Shown in pieces: positions 9,453 through 18,586 of a DNA stretch of 64,000 nt. Within the stretch, counting starts at the first letter, position 1, and every line of letters starts with the position of its first letter. This DNA is from Gemmatimonadota bacterium (GTDB taxonomy: Bacteria > Gemmatimonadota > Gemmatimonadetes > Palauibacterales > KS3-K002): positions 1 through 64,000 of the forward strand of contig JBDHJS010000004.1 in the NCBI GenBank assembly GCA_039586795.1, written 5' to 3'. The translations under genes and the position numbers were made by a program. The notes under the pieces were generated by a model. The model was given only the letters and a program-made list of their open reading frames with translations. It was not told the origin of the DNA and did not search any database.

Positions 9453-10593
9453 AGCGCGCGGCGGCCGCGTGCAGAACCTGCAGGATCACCTCATCGAACG
9501 AGAGGCCCGCGGCTCTGGCAGCCTTTGGGTAGCACGAGTTCGCGGCCGGGTCCGGAATCACGCCGGGCAGCGGATTCACCTCTATGATATGAGGCGAACC
9601 GTCGGCATCGCAGCGTACGTCGATTCGGGCCCAGTCGCGGCAGCGAAGACTCTTGTACGCTGCCATGGCGATCTCTTCGATCCGGCGCTCCAGCTCGGGA
9701 GTGCACCGGGCCGGACACCGAAAGATGTCCAGCGGCTTTTCCGGCCGGTCCCACACCCACTTGGCCTCGAAGCCGTAAAGCGGGAGGGATCCGCCGGGGA
9801 GCGTGGAGTAGTCCAGCTCCACGATCGGTAGCGCTCGCCCGTCACCGTCATTCCCGAGGACGGCGACGGTAAACTCACGGCCGTCCAGGAACCTCTCGAT
9901 GATGGCGGGTTCACGGTACCGCTCGACTACCCGGGCGACTTCAGTCTCCGTCTCTTCCCAGGTAGTGCAGAAGGATCGCTGGGTGATGCCCTTGCTGGAC
10001 CCCTCGTGGAGGGGCTTGACGATGACGGGCAGCTCGAGCGTGCGCTGCACGTCGTCAGGGCATTCAACGACCTGGAACTCGGGCGTGGGTATCCCGTGGT
10101 GGGAGAGGTTCTCCTTCGTCCGCGCCTTGTCGAGGCAGATCCCCAGGGTCAGGGGATCGCTGCCAGTATAAGGGATACCCCAAAACTCGCAGAAGGCGGG
10201 CACGTACGACTCCCGGCTGGATCCGCCTAGGCTTTCCGCGAAGTTGAAGACGATATCGGGTCTAGCGTCACGCAGTCGCACCGGGAAATCGAGGTCGGCC
10301 TCGAGGCGAACCACATCGCCGGCATGGGACAGAGCGGCCTCGATAGCGGAGATCGTCTCTTCGTCATCCCATTCGGCGAAGGTATCCTCGAAAGCGCCGG
10401 ATCCGTTGTTCTCCGAAGGACTGCGTTCTGTATTCGGAAGTAGTTCGGCTGGTACCGCTGAAGGAGCTGGGACGGCATCAGACACGACTGCGTCGTCCGC
10501 CGGCTTCAAATTAAACGCGAAACCGATGCGAAGTCTTCGACCGCGACGGTCTTCGACTGAGCTGGGAGCTGATGTCGCTCCTAAGCTTTCTAT
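9430..10593 (-). CDS. D-Ala-D-Ala-ligase-like ATP-grasp enzyme (paralogue 1); probable ATA start
   Basis: FNFAE, PYTGSD, VKPLHEGSSKG, WARIDVR, EVNPLPG; family N-terminal strand LRIGFAFNLK lies upstream of the track's TTG (10509). Confidence 0.85.
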   Translation of the reverse strand: MESLGATSAPSSVEDRRGRRLRIGFAFNLKPADDAVVSDAVPAPSAVPAELLPNTERSPSENNGSGAFEDTFAEWDDEETISAIEAALSHAGDVVRLEADLDFPVRLRDARPDIVFNFAESLGGSSRESYVPAFCEFWGIPYTGSDPLTLGICLDKARTKENLSHHGIPTPEFQVVECPDDVQRTLELPVIVKPLHEGSSKGITQRSFCTTWEETETEVARVVERYREPAIIERFLDGREFTVAVLGNDGDGRALPIVELDYSTLPGGSLPLYGFEAKWVWDRPEKPLDIFRCPARCTPELERRIEEIAMAAYKSLRCRDWARIDVRCDADGSPHIIEVNPLPGVIPDPAANSCYPKAARAAGLSFDEVILQVLHAAAARYDLRVPD

Positions 10594-10894
10594 TGGAACC
10601 CCTCCTGTAGGAGTTCATAGAGCGAAGCCGCGCGTGTTATCCAAAAAAAATAGAACCCCACTCCCGCACATGCCCCACCCTTCGAAACTCGGTCAAAAAT
10701 AGAAAGAAAAACTGAAAAAGGAAAGACTTAGTGCAACACGTTTTCGAATTTCGGATCAAAATTTCTCGTACGAGACGTCTCCGAACTGCTTCGGAGACGA
10801 TTTCGACGACGATTTGATCGCTTCAAGACTCCCTCGTAGCTTAATCATCCTCAACTAAACGACGTGGGTCGCACCTTGATAGCAACAGGGGTCG

Positions 10895-12022
10895 ATGAGC
10901 GAGCGAGAAACAGAAGTTTGTCGGGTCAATGTTACCATTCCGGACGCGAAATCGGTGACTTCGTACGATGTCATCGTCCGCCCGGGGCTTCTCGATGACG
11001 CCGGAGAGTCCATTGCGTCCGTCTGCGACGCGCATCGCTACGCCATCATCGCCGACAGTCAAGTCGCCGACCTCTACGGCGAGCGTCTGCTCGCTGCTCT
11101 CGCCACCGCAAACCTCGACGCGACACTCTTCAAGTTCCCGGCCGGCGAGTGGAACAAGACGCGGGACGTGTGGGGCGACCTCATCGATGGCATGCTGCGC
11201 TCCGGTTTCGGTCGCGATTCGGCGGTCGTTGCGCTTGGCGGTGGCGTAACAGGAGATCTGGTAGGCTTCGTCGCCGCTTCGTACATGCGCGGTGTGCCGA
11301 TCATTCAGGTGCCCACGTCGCTGCTCGCCATGATCGACAGCGCCGTGGGTGGAAAGACCGGACTCGATACTCAGATTGGCAAGAACCTGGTCGGCGCTTT
11401 CCACCAGCCGGCCGTGGTGCTTATCGACCCGGCGGTTCTCAAGACACTGCCGATACCGCAACTTGCGGCCGGTCTCGCCGAGGCGATCAAACACGGCCTG
11501 ATCCTCGACCGGGGCTACTTCGATCGGGTGACGCAGGATCTCGAGGCGGTGTTCGCCCGTGAACCGGAGTCGCTGGGGCGCCTGATCGCGCGCTCGGTGG
11601 AGATCAAGGCGGAGGTGGTGAGCCGGGACGAGCGTGAGGCAGGGTACAGAAAGATCCTGAACTTCGGGCACACCGTGGCGCACGCTCAGGAGGCGCTCTC
11701 GGGCTACGGATGGCTGCACGGGGAGGCTGTGGCCGTCGGGCTGGTGGCGGAGGCGCGGATTGGGGAAGTTGTGGGCGTCACCGCGGCAGGCGTGGCGGAG
11801 CGGGTACGGGAGGTCGTGGAGGCGGCCCGGCTGCCTACGGAGCTGGATGAAGACGTGACGTTAGAGCGGTTCTTCAAGGCTCTGGAGCTAGACAAGAAGC
11901 GGCGTGGTGGTAGGGCGCAGTACACTTTGCTGGCGGAGATCGGCCAAGCGGCGGGTACGCCGGAGGGGGGCTGGACCCACGAAGTGGCTGACGAGGTCGT
12001 GGGCGAGGTGCTTTTCGGCTGA
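10895..12022 (+). CDS. aroB: 3-dehydroquinate synthase
   Basis: LGGGVTGD, PTSLLAMIDSAVGGKT, KNLVG, LNFGHT, HGEAVA. Confidence 0.96.
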   Translation: MSERETEVCRVNVTIPDAKSVTSYDVIVRPGLLDDAGESIASVCDAHRYAIIADSQVADLYGERLLAALATANLDATLFKFPAGEWNKTRDVWGDLIDGMLRSGFGRDSAVVALGGGVTGDLVGFVAASYMRGVPIIQVPTSLLAMIDSAVGGKTGLDTQIGKNLVGAFHQPAVVLIDPAVLKTLPIPQLAAGLAEAIKHGLILDRGYFDRVTQDLEAVFAREPESLGRLIARSVEIKAEVVSRDEREAGYRKILNFGHTVAHAQEALSGYGWLHGEAVAVGLVAEARIGEVVGVTAAGVAERVREVVEAARLPTELDEDVTLERFFKALELDKKRRGGRAQYTLLAEIGQAAGTPEGGWTHEVADEVVGEVLFG

Positions 12023-12035
12023 CGCGGCATTGGGT

Positions 12036-12064
12036 TTGACGGCCGCTCTACGCAATAGCAAATT
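12036..12064 (+). promoter_or_regulatory. Possible sigma70 promoter
   Basis: TTGACG-N17-CAAATT upstream of 12088. Confidence 0.4.
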
Positions 12065-12087
12065 AACGGGTTCGGAGACTTCCGCGA

Positions 12088-13698
12088 ATGGAGGGAGTGA
12101 TCGGCGAATCAACCCGTTTCTCAGGCCTGTCTGTTCTGGACATCTTCGAGCGCTGTGTCGCTGAGGGCCCGGATCGCCCATTCATCACGGCCGGGGGCGT
12201 GACGCTGTCGTACGAGCGGGTGCAGTTTCAGGCCCAGGCGTTGGCGGCGGCGTTGCACAATCTGGGCGTGGGACCGGGCGACAGAGTGGCTATCGATCTG
12301 CCGAACGGGCCGGAGTTTGTGGTCTCGGCGCTGGCCGCGGCCAGCCTTGGCGCGATGATCGTCCCGCTGAATCCGGCCTACTCGCCGCACGAGCTGCAGT
12401 TCATGCTCAGGAACTCCGAGGCCTCTGTGGTTATCGTGGTCGAGGAGTACGAGGGACTGGACAACCTGGAGTTGTTCGAGCGTATGCAGTTCAACCTTCC
12501 CGATCTGCAATATCTGGTGACGGTGGGGGAGGAAGACCTGTGGTATGACGATCGCATCTTCCAGTTCGAAGATCTGGTGCTGAGCGGCTCGGGGAAGACG
12601 ATACCGTCGGTGAGCGTTGATCCTCAGGAGGATGTGTTCGCGATTCTATACACCGCCGGTACGACGGGTAAGCCGAAGGGCGTCATGCTGACCCACTCGA
12701 ACCTGGTGGAGACAAACGCGGCGGCGGCCACATCGCTCGGCATGACCGGGAGTGACGTGGTGCTGTTGACTGTGCCGATGTTCGCGATCTTCGGATTGGG
12801 CGCGTTGATGTCGACGATGGCGGCAGGAGCGTCCGTCCTATTGATTGAGAAGTTCGAGGCGAACGCGGCGTTGATGTTGGCGGCGGACAAATGCGCGACG
12901 GCGATCCATGGCGCGCCCGCCATGTTCGCGGGAATGTTGCGGAGCGAGTTGGTCGCCGAGCTCGACCTGGGGGCCTTGCGTACGGGTGTGGTAGCAGGCG
13001 CCCCAGTGCTGGATCGTCTGGCGCGGGAGATTCGGGAGCGCCTGGTCCCGGATATCGAAATCGCCTACGGCATGACCGAGACTTCACCCATGGTCTCGAT
13101 CACGCGCCGCGATGATCCGGCTGAGGTGCGCAATTTCACGGCCGGGCGCTTGATCAACGGCGTCGATGCCGTCGTGCTGGCCGAGGACGGTTCACCGCTG
13201 CCGGTTGAGTCAGTTGGCGAACTGGCCATTCGCGGCTTCAACGTGATGAAGGGTTACAACCGGCAGCCCGATGAGACGAGCCGTTCGTTCACCGAGGATG
13301 GATACTTCAGGACGGGTGACCTCGGGATGGTGGACGAGGACGGATTTCTGCATATCATTGGCCGGCAGAAGGACACCATTACGCGCGGCGCGAACGTCAT
13401 ATATCCGCGCGAATTGGAGGACCTGCTTCGCCTGCACCCGGCGGTTCAGGAAGCGGTGGTCGTGGGCGTCGAGGACGATGTGCTCGGCGAGCTCATTTGT
13501 GCCTGCGTTCTACCGACGGAGGGCGCCATCGTGACGGGCGACGAGATCAAGGACTTCTGTCGCGGACAGGTGGCCCTCTACAAAGTCCCGGACCTCGTGA
13601 GGTTCGTGGACGCGCTCCCGATGACTGGGAGCGGAAAGGTCCGGCGCGTCGAGTTGGCCCGCATGATTCGGGCGGAACGCGCGGCGCGCCCGAGCTAG
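12088..13698 (+). CDS. Acyl-CoA synthetase (class I adenylate-forming enzyme)
   Basis: YTAGTTGKPKG, YGMTE, TGDLG, LPMTGSGKV. Confidence 0.92.
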   Translation: MEGVIGESTRFSGLSVLDIFERCVAEGPDRPFITAGGVTLSYERVQFQAQALAAALHNLGVGPGDRVAIDLPNGPEFVVSALAAASLGAMIVPLNPAYSPHELQFMLRNSEASVVIVVEEYEGLDNLELFERMQFNLPDLQYLVTVGEEDLWYDDRIFQFEDLVLSGSGKTIPSVSVDPQEDVFAILYTAGTTGKPKGVMLTHSNLVETNAAAATSLGMTGSDVVLLTVPMFAIFGLGALMSTMAAGASVLLIEKFEANAALMLAADKCATAIHGAPAMFAGMLRSELVAELDLGALRTGVVAGAPVLDRLAREIRERLVPDIEIAYGMTETSPMVSITRRDDPAEVRNFTAGRLINGVDAVVLAEDGSPLPVESVGELAIRGFNVMKGYNRQPDETSRSFTEDGYFRTGDLGMVDEDGFLHIIGRQKDTITRGANVIYPRELEDLLRLHPAVQEAVVVGVEDDVLGELICACVLPTEGAIVTGDEIKDFCRGQVALYKVPDLVRFVDALPMTGSGKVRRVELARMIRAERAARPS

Positions 13699-13926
13699 CT
13701 GTTTACTTCGTTCGTCGAGAGTTACGGACCCGCACGGCTTCGCCCGAGCGGCGGCTCCGGAGGATGCGAAAAGCACGGCTGCTGGGACCCTGAGCAGTTC
13801 GGTCGTCGGCGCTGTTGCCTGCCAATCGGATCCATCCTTCCGGCGGGGATTATTCCCCGAAGCCCCTCGCGCCAGGGTAGCGGGCCTGTCTCTCCGTGTT
13901 CGTAATATGTTGTCGTACAAGGAGTT

Positions 13927-16182
13927 ATGAGAGGCATGGAAATTCTGAAGGAGCTCACCGAACGTCGAGGCGAAGCTCGCATCGACGCCGAGGATGCGCA
14001 TCAAGCAGCGTTGCTCATCGATTTCGATAACGTGACGATGGGCATCCGGTCCAACCTGGGTGCGGAGCTGCGCAGTCTCCTTAACAGTGATGTGATCCGT
14101 GGCAAGGTGGCGGTGCAGAGGGCGTACGCGGATTGGCGCCGTTACCCCCAGTATATCGTACCGCTCTCTGAAGCGTCGATCGACCTGATCTTCGCGCCGG
14201 CGTACGGATCATCCAAGAAGAATGCGACGGACATCCGTCTGGCGATCGATGCGCTGGAGTTGGTCTTCGTGCGCCCGGAAATCCGGACATACATCCTGAT
14301 GTCGGGGGACAGCGACTTCTCGAGCCTGGTACTGAAGCTGAAGGAGTACGGAAAGTACATTATCGGTGTCGGGATCCAGGAGTCGAGCTCGGACCTGCTG
14401 GTTCAGAACTGCGACGAGTACTACAGCTACTCGGCGCTATCGGGTCTCAGCAAGACGAGCGACCAGGTGATCGAGAGCCACGACCCGTGGCTGCTGACGG
14501 CAAAGGCCGTCAACAAGATGGTCGAGCGCGGCGACACGATGAGATCGGATCGCCTGAAGCAGGTGATGCTGGAAATCGATCCGTCGTTCAACGAGAAAGA
14601 GCACGGTTACAACAAGTTCAACCGGTTCGTGGTGCAGGCGGCATCGAAGGGTCTGGTCTCGATCCAGAAGATGGAAAACGGCCAGTATGGAGTCGCGCCA
14701 GGCGACAAAGGTCGGAAGGAACGCAAAGCGGAAGAGCCGGAAAAGAAGAAAGAGAAAAAGGAGGGAAGGGCGCCGCGGTCCGAGGCGCGTGCCGGAAGGG
14801 ACAAGGAGCGCTCGCAAAAAGAGACGGCGCCGACGGACAAAGACACCCGTCGCGCGCGACCGAAGCTGACGATGGAGAGCGCGCTGGAGCTGCTTGACCG
14901 AGCTCTGGGCATCTTGCTGGAGAGCGGTGCGGAATCGGTGCGAGACAGCGATGTGAAGCGCCGGTTGTTGGAGCTTGACCCTGATTTCGACGAAGGTGAG
15001 CTGGGATATAGCAAGTTCAGCAAGTTCCTTCAGGCCGCCGAAGAGCAGGGCGCGGTCAAGTTGGAGCGGGGTCCGAATGGGAACTACCAGGTGGCGCGGG
15101 CGAAGAAGGGTCGGCGGAAGGCGACCGACGGCAGCGCTGCGGATCGCGTCGAATCTGGTGAGTCCACGATGCGTCGTCTCGCCCGATTCTTCTTCGGCAC
15201 GGAGAAGGCGGAAGACGAGAGCCCAGCTCCTGAAGCGGCAAAGGAGGCGGCGCCTGCCGAACCGCCAGCCGAGCGCCGGCCGCAAACGAGTCGCGACCCC
15301 AGGGAGCGACGTGAGGCCCGAGGACCTCGGGGCGGAGACGAGCGGCCCAGAAGAGGGAAGCGAGGACCGCGCGCCCAGGATGCGGACGGCGAGGCCTCCG
15401 CACGGTCGCGCAAAGGGCCGCGGACCGGTCGGGGCCGTGGCGAATCGAGAGCTCCGGCGGAACGACGCGGCGGTGAGCGCCGCCAGCGCGAGCGGCCGCC
15501 ACGTCGATCCGGGCGGGAAGAACCGCGACCGCGCAAGTCGGACGAACCCACGGCTCCCAGCGTCGCCGAGGCCGAACCGGTGACGGCACCTGAGGCCCCT
15601 CCCATCGAGGCGCCCATTGTCGAGAGCCGGGTTGCCGAGCCTTCGACATCGGTCGCACCAGCGCCGAAGCCCGAGCCCAAAGTGTCGGAAGCTGCGTCCA
15701 CCGAGCGGGAGGTGTCGGAGGCTCCATCCGCCGAGCCAGCGGTGTCAGAGGCGCCGTCCGGCGAGCCGGTGGTAACGAATGCGCCGTTGCCGGGGTCGCC
15801 GAGGGGAACGATCCGCGGGCGCTGGGGCAAGCGAGGTCGCTATCGTCCGGCCGGCGCTCCGCCACCGATCTTCGAAGGTCAGAGAGGGGATCGGGGCGAA
15901 GCAACTCGAGCGGCTGGGAAGACCCCTGACGCAGGAGCAGCGGCGGAGACCGGGCGTACTGAGAGGGCAACCGCTGGGTCGGACACGGGATCAATTGTTG
16001 CGCATCTGACGGCCTACTCGGGGGTGGGCGGAAAGACCGCAGAGGCTCTCGTGGAAGCGTTCGGATCCGATACGTTCCGTGTCCTGGACGAAGAGCCGGA
16101 CCGGGTCCGGGCAGTTCTCCCCGGCAATCGAGCCGAGCGAGTCATCGAAGCACGCCGGGAGGAGCGGGACGCCGGCGCGTGA
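13927..16182 (+). CDS. NYN (PIN-like) domain protein with two OST-HTH/LOTUS domains, a long low-complexity region and a C-terminal HhH
   Basis: IDFDN, KNATD, SGDSDF; two 'DPxFxE..GYxKFxxF' repeats; GVGGKTAEALVEAFG. Confidence 0.85.
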   Translation: MRGMEILKELTERRGEARIDAEDAHQAALLIDFDNVTMGIRSNLGAELRSLLNSDVIRGKVAVQRAYADWRRYPQYIVPLSEASIDLIFAPAYGSSKKNATDIRLAIDALELVFVRPEIRTYILMSGDSDFSSLVLKLKEYGKYIIGVGIQESSSDLLVQNCDEYYSYSALSGLSKTSDQVIESHDPWLLTAKAVNKMVERGDTMRSDRLKQVMLEIDPSFNEKEHGYNKFNRFVVQAASKGLVSIQKMENGQYGVAPGDKGRKERKAEEPEKKKEKKEGRAPRSEARAGRDKERSQKETAPTDKDTRRARPKLTMESALELLDRALGILLESGAESVRDSDVKRRLLELDPDFDEGELGYSKFSKFLQAAEEQGAVKLERGPNGNYQVARAKKGRRKATDGSAADRVESGESTMRRLARFFFGTEKAEDESPAPEAAKEAAPAEPPAERRPQTSRDPRERREARGPRGGDERPRRGKRGPRAQDADGEASARSRKGPRTGRGRGESRAPAERRGGERRQRERPPRRSGREEPRPRKSDEPTAPSVAEAEPVTAPEAPPIEAPIVESRVAEPSTSVAPAPKPEPKVSEAASTEREVSEAPSAEPAVSEAPSGEPVVTNAPLPGSPRGTIRGRWGKRGRYRPAGAPPPIFEGQRGDRGEATRAAGKTPDAGAAAETGRTERATAGSDTGSIVAHLTAYSGVGGKTAEALVEAFGSDTFRVLDEEPDRVRAVLPGNRAERVIEARREERDAGA
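15682..15771 (+). repeat. Three degenerate 30-nt coding tandem repeats (VSEAxSxExx)
   Basis: gtgtcggaagctgcgtcc.. / gtgtcggaggctccatcc.. / gtgtcagaggcgccgtcc.. Confidence 0.75.
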
Positions 16183-16728
16183 GCGAGGATCGCCGGCCGC
16201 TGCAGGCCGGCTTCTTCGAGCGAGAAGCTGAAATAGTCGCTCGCGAGCTGCTTGGCGCGCATCTGGTCTCCGAGTGCGACGGCGAACGTTGCGTGGGGCG
16301 TATCGTAGAGACGGAAGCCTACCCCGGCCCGCACGACCCTGCCTCACACGCGGCCGAGAGAATAGGTCGAACGGCACGCAACGATCCGATGTTCGGACCG
16401 CCGGGCTCCGCCTACGTTCATCTGAATTTCGGAGTGCACTGGTGTTTGAACGCAGTGGTCGGTGCAGAGGGTTATCCGGCCGCTGTCTTGTTGCGTGCCG
16501 TGGAGCCGCTCGAGGGCATCTCGGCGATGCGTCGTCGGCGCCGGGGGCGAAGTGATCCTGGCTGAGCCGCCACTGTTCATCGCCACTGGCGTGGCGGTGC
16601 CTGCCGCTCAGGTCGTACAGACCACGCGCGTTGGAATAACCCGTGGCGTGGGGTTTCCCTGGCGTTACTACGACCGGGAAAGTCGTTGGGTGAGCCGGCG
16701 GGATGTGAAGGCGGAGGCGAACGCTTGA
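16179..16728 (+). pseudogene. mpg: DNA-3-methyladenine glycosylase (Mpg/AAG family), split by a frameshifting gap
   Basis: [23 protein letters not shown] in one frame (stop 16565); TRVGIT..WRYY in the next frame; GP..L..ALGI segment absent. Confidence 0.85.
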
Positions 16729-17515
16729 CTAGCCGCGCTCGGACACTGCGGTCGGCTTGTTCATGAAACGCCGCAGCACGAAAGCTAGGATCAGCACGGC
16801 GGCGAACGCGCACACTACTGTAGGACCGGTAGGCCAATCCGAAGCATAGGACCCGTACAGCCCTAATACTGTCGCCAGGGTGCCAGACGACCAGGCGATC
16901 GCCAGCAGTTTGCCGGGCGTGTCGGTGAAGAGAAAAGCGATAACGGCCGGGATGACCAGGAAGCTAAAAACGAGCAGCACGCCGGCGATGGCGACGGACG
17001 ACGTGACAACGACACCAAAGAGGGCGTAGAACAGGAAGTCCCAGTTCCTCACCGACCACCCTTCTTGCTTGGCTTTGTCAGGGTTCAGTGAGATGGTGAT
17101 GAAGCGATCGCGAAGCTTCCAGTGAATCACCCCTATGATCGCGTAGACAACGGCGGTCTTGATGATGTCCGCCCAACCGACCCACAACAGACTTCCCGAC
17201 AACAGTTCTTCCACATGTTCTGACCCCCGGGGCGCCTGCGCGGCGAGCAGTATCGTCGTCGCGGATGCGACGACGTAGACGATCCCGATGATCGCTTCCT
17301 GCGGTACGTAGTTGTGCTCCATGCGGGAAATGCTGAACAGGGCGGCGGCGATCAGCGTCGCCGCCAGCCCGATAGCGTAGCCGGCTACCGACTCCGGTAT
17401 GCCCAGTGCTTCGCCGAGCGCGTGCGAGAGACCCAGACCGGCGGCGGCCCAGCCGAGAGCCGCCACCTGTGCGAGCGCCAGGTCCACGAAGATGACGCCT
17501 CTCGCTATGATGTGG
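16729..17515 (-). CDS. Metal ABC transporter permease (ZnuB/ABC-3 type), N-terminus missing
   Basis: HIIARGVIFVDLALAQVAALG, EAIIGIVY, GVLLVFSFLVIPA, PTGPTVV; first TM helix and native start not seen. Confidence 0.85.
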
Positions 17516-17519
17516 CCGT

Positions 17520-18586
17520 CGCCGGTCTAGGGCCAGAAACGCCTCTGCCAACTCGGTCACCCACAGGTCGATCAGGTCGAAATAGTCATCTACGCCCTCG
17601 GCCCCGGCGACGTGCTCGGGCACGATCACGGCTCGGGCGTCAGTCCGCTCGGCGACTCGCTCGACCTGGCTATGACTGAAGTAGTTCGCCGCGAGGAGAA
17701 TCGGAATGCTCTCGTCGTCCATCGTCGTGATGACGTTGTTCAGATGGCCCGGCGACGGGGGGATTCCCGGCTTCGGCTCGATGTAGAGGGCGCATGGGAC
17801 CCTGAACCGCGCACTGAAATAGGCCCAGTTACGGTGATAGCAGGCCATCCTTCGATCGCGGAACGGAATCGCCGCAGCCATCCAGCCGCCCATGTAGTCG
17901 GTTAGCGGCTTGCCCTGGTACTGCTGGCTCGTCGCGAAGTCCCATAATTCGTACGCCGCCGCCAGCTGGTAGATCACGTCGGCACCCAGCATGTCGACGA
18001 ACTCGGCGCCGAACGTCATCCGCAGGATGCGATCTTGGAAGACACGAAAGTTCGATTCATAGGTGGCGGCGTTGTCCGGGTCGACGCGGTTCAGCCCGTT
18101 GAGGATGTTCCTGGCAATGAGGATGCCGTTGACCGGGTCGGTGTGGATGTGGGGGTTACCGAATACGTGCACGTCGCCACCCGCCCTCGATACGTCGTGC
18201 GGAATCTGTAGCAGCGTGACCCCGGAATAGGCAGCCACGTGGCCCTTGGCGCCTTCCACGACATCGGGATTCCGAGCGCGATCAATGATCGCGGGCACCC
18301 AGAGTTCCAGGTCAAGGCCGGTCACGACGAAGAGATCGGCGTCGCCGACGGCCGCAGCGAAACTGGGTCGCGGGTTGACGAAATGCGGGTCTTCATCGCC
18401 ACGGGCGATCGCCATCACTTCCGCCAGGTCGCCGGTCAGTTCACGCGCGATGGCGGCGTAGGTTGGTAGCGTCGTCACGACATTCAGCTTTTCTTGCGCT
18501 TGCAGGGCGGTGGGGCCGAGGAAAGCGATCGCTGCCAACGTTACCTTGGTGGCTCTTATGGCCGTCGTCATCTTAGTAGGTCTCAT
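17520..18586 (-). CDS. Metal ABC transporter substrate-binding protein (ZnuA/TroA type); native stop missing, ORF reads on to 17078
   Basis: Signal peptide, DPHF, GLDLELW, GNPHIH, YHRNW, EPKPGIPPSP. Confidence 0.88.

Noticed and set aside
10643..10650. A8 tract as a phase-variation switch
   Set aside because: Short run in an AT-rich promoter region; no evidence of length variation
16563..16565. Selenocysteine read-through of the mpg TGA
   Set aside because: The continuation is in a different frame and conserved residues are missing
17078..17519. C-terminal extension of the SBP as a real domain
   Set aside because: It is an out-of-frame read-through over the permease gene
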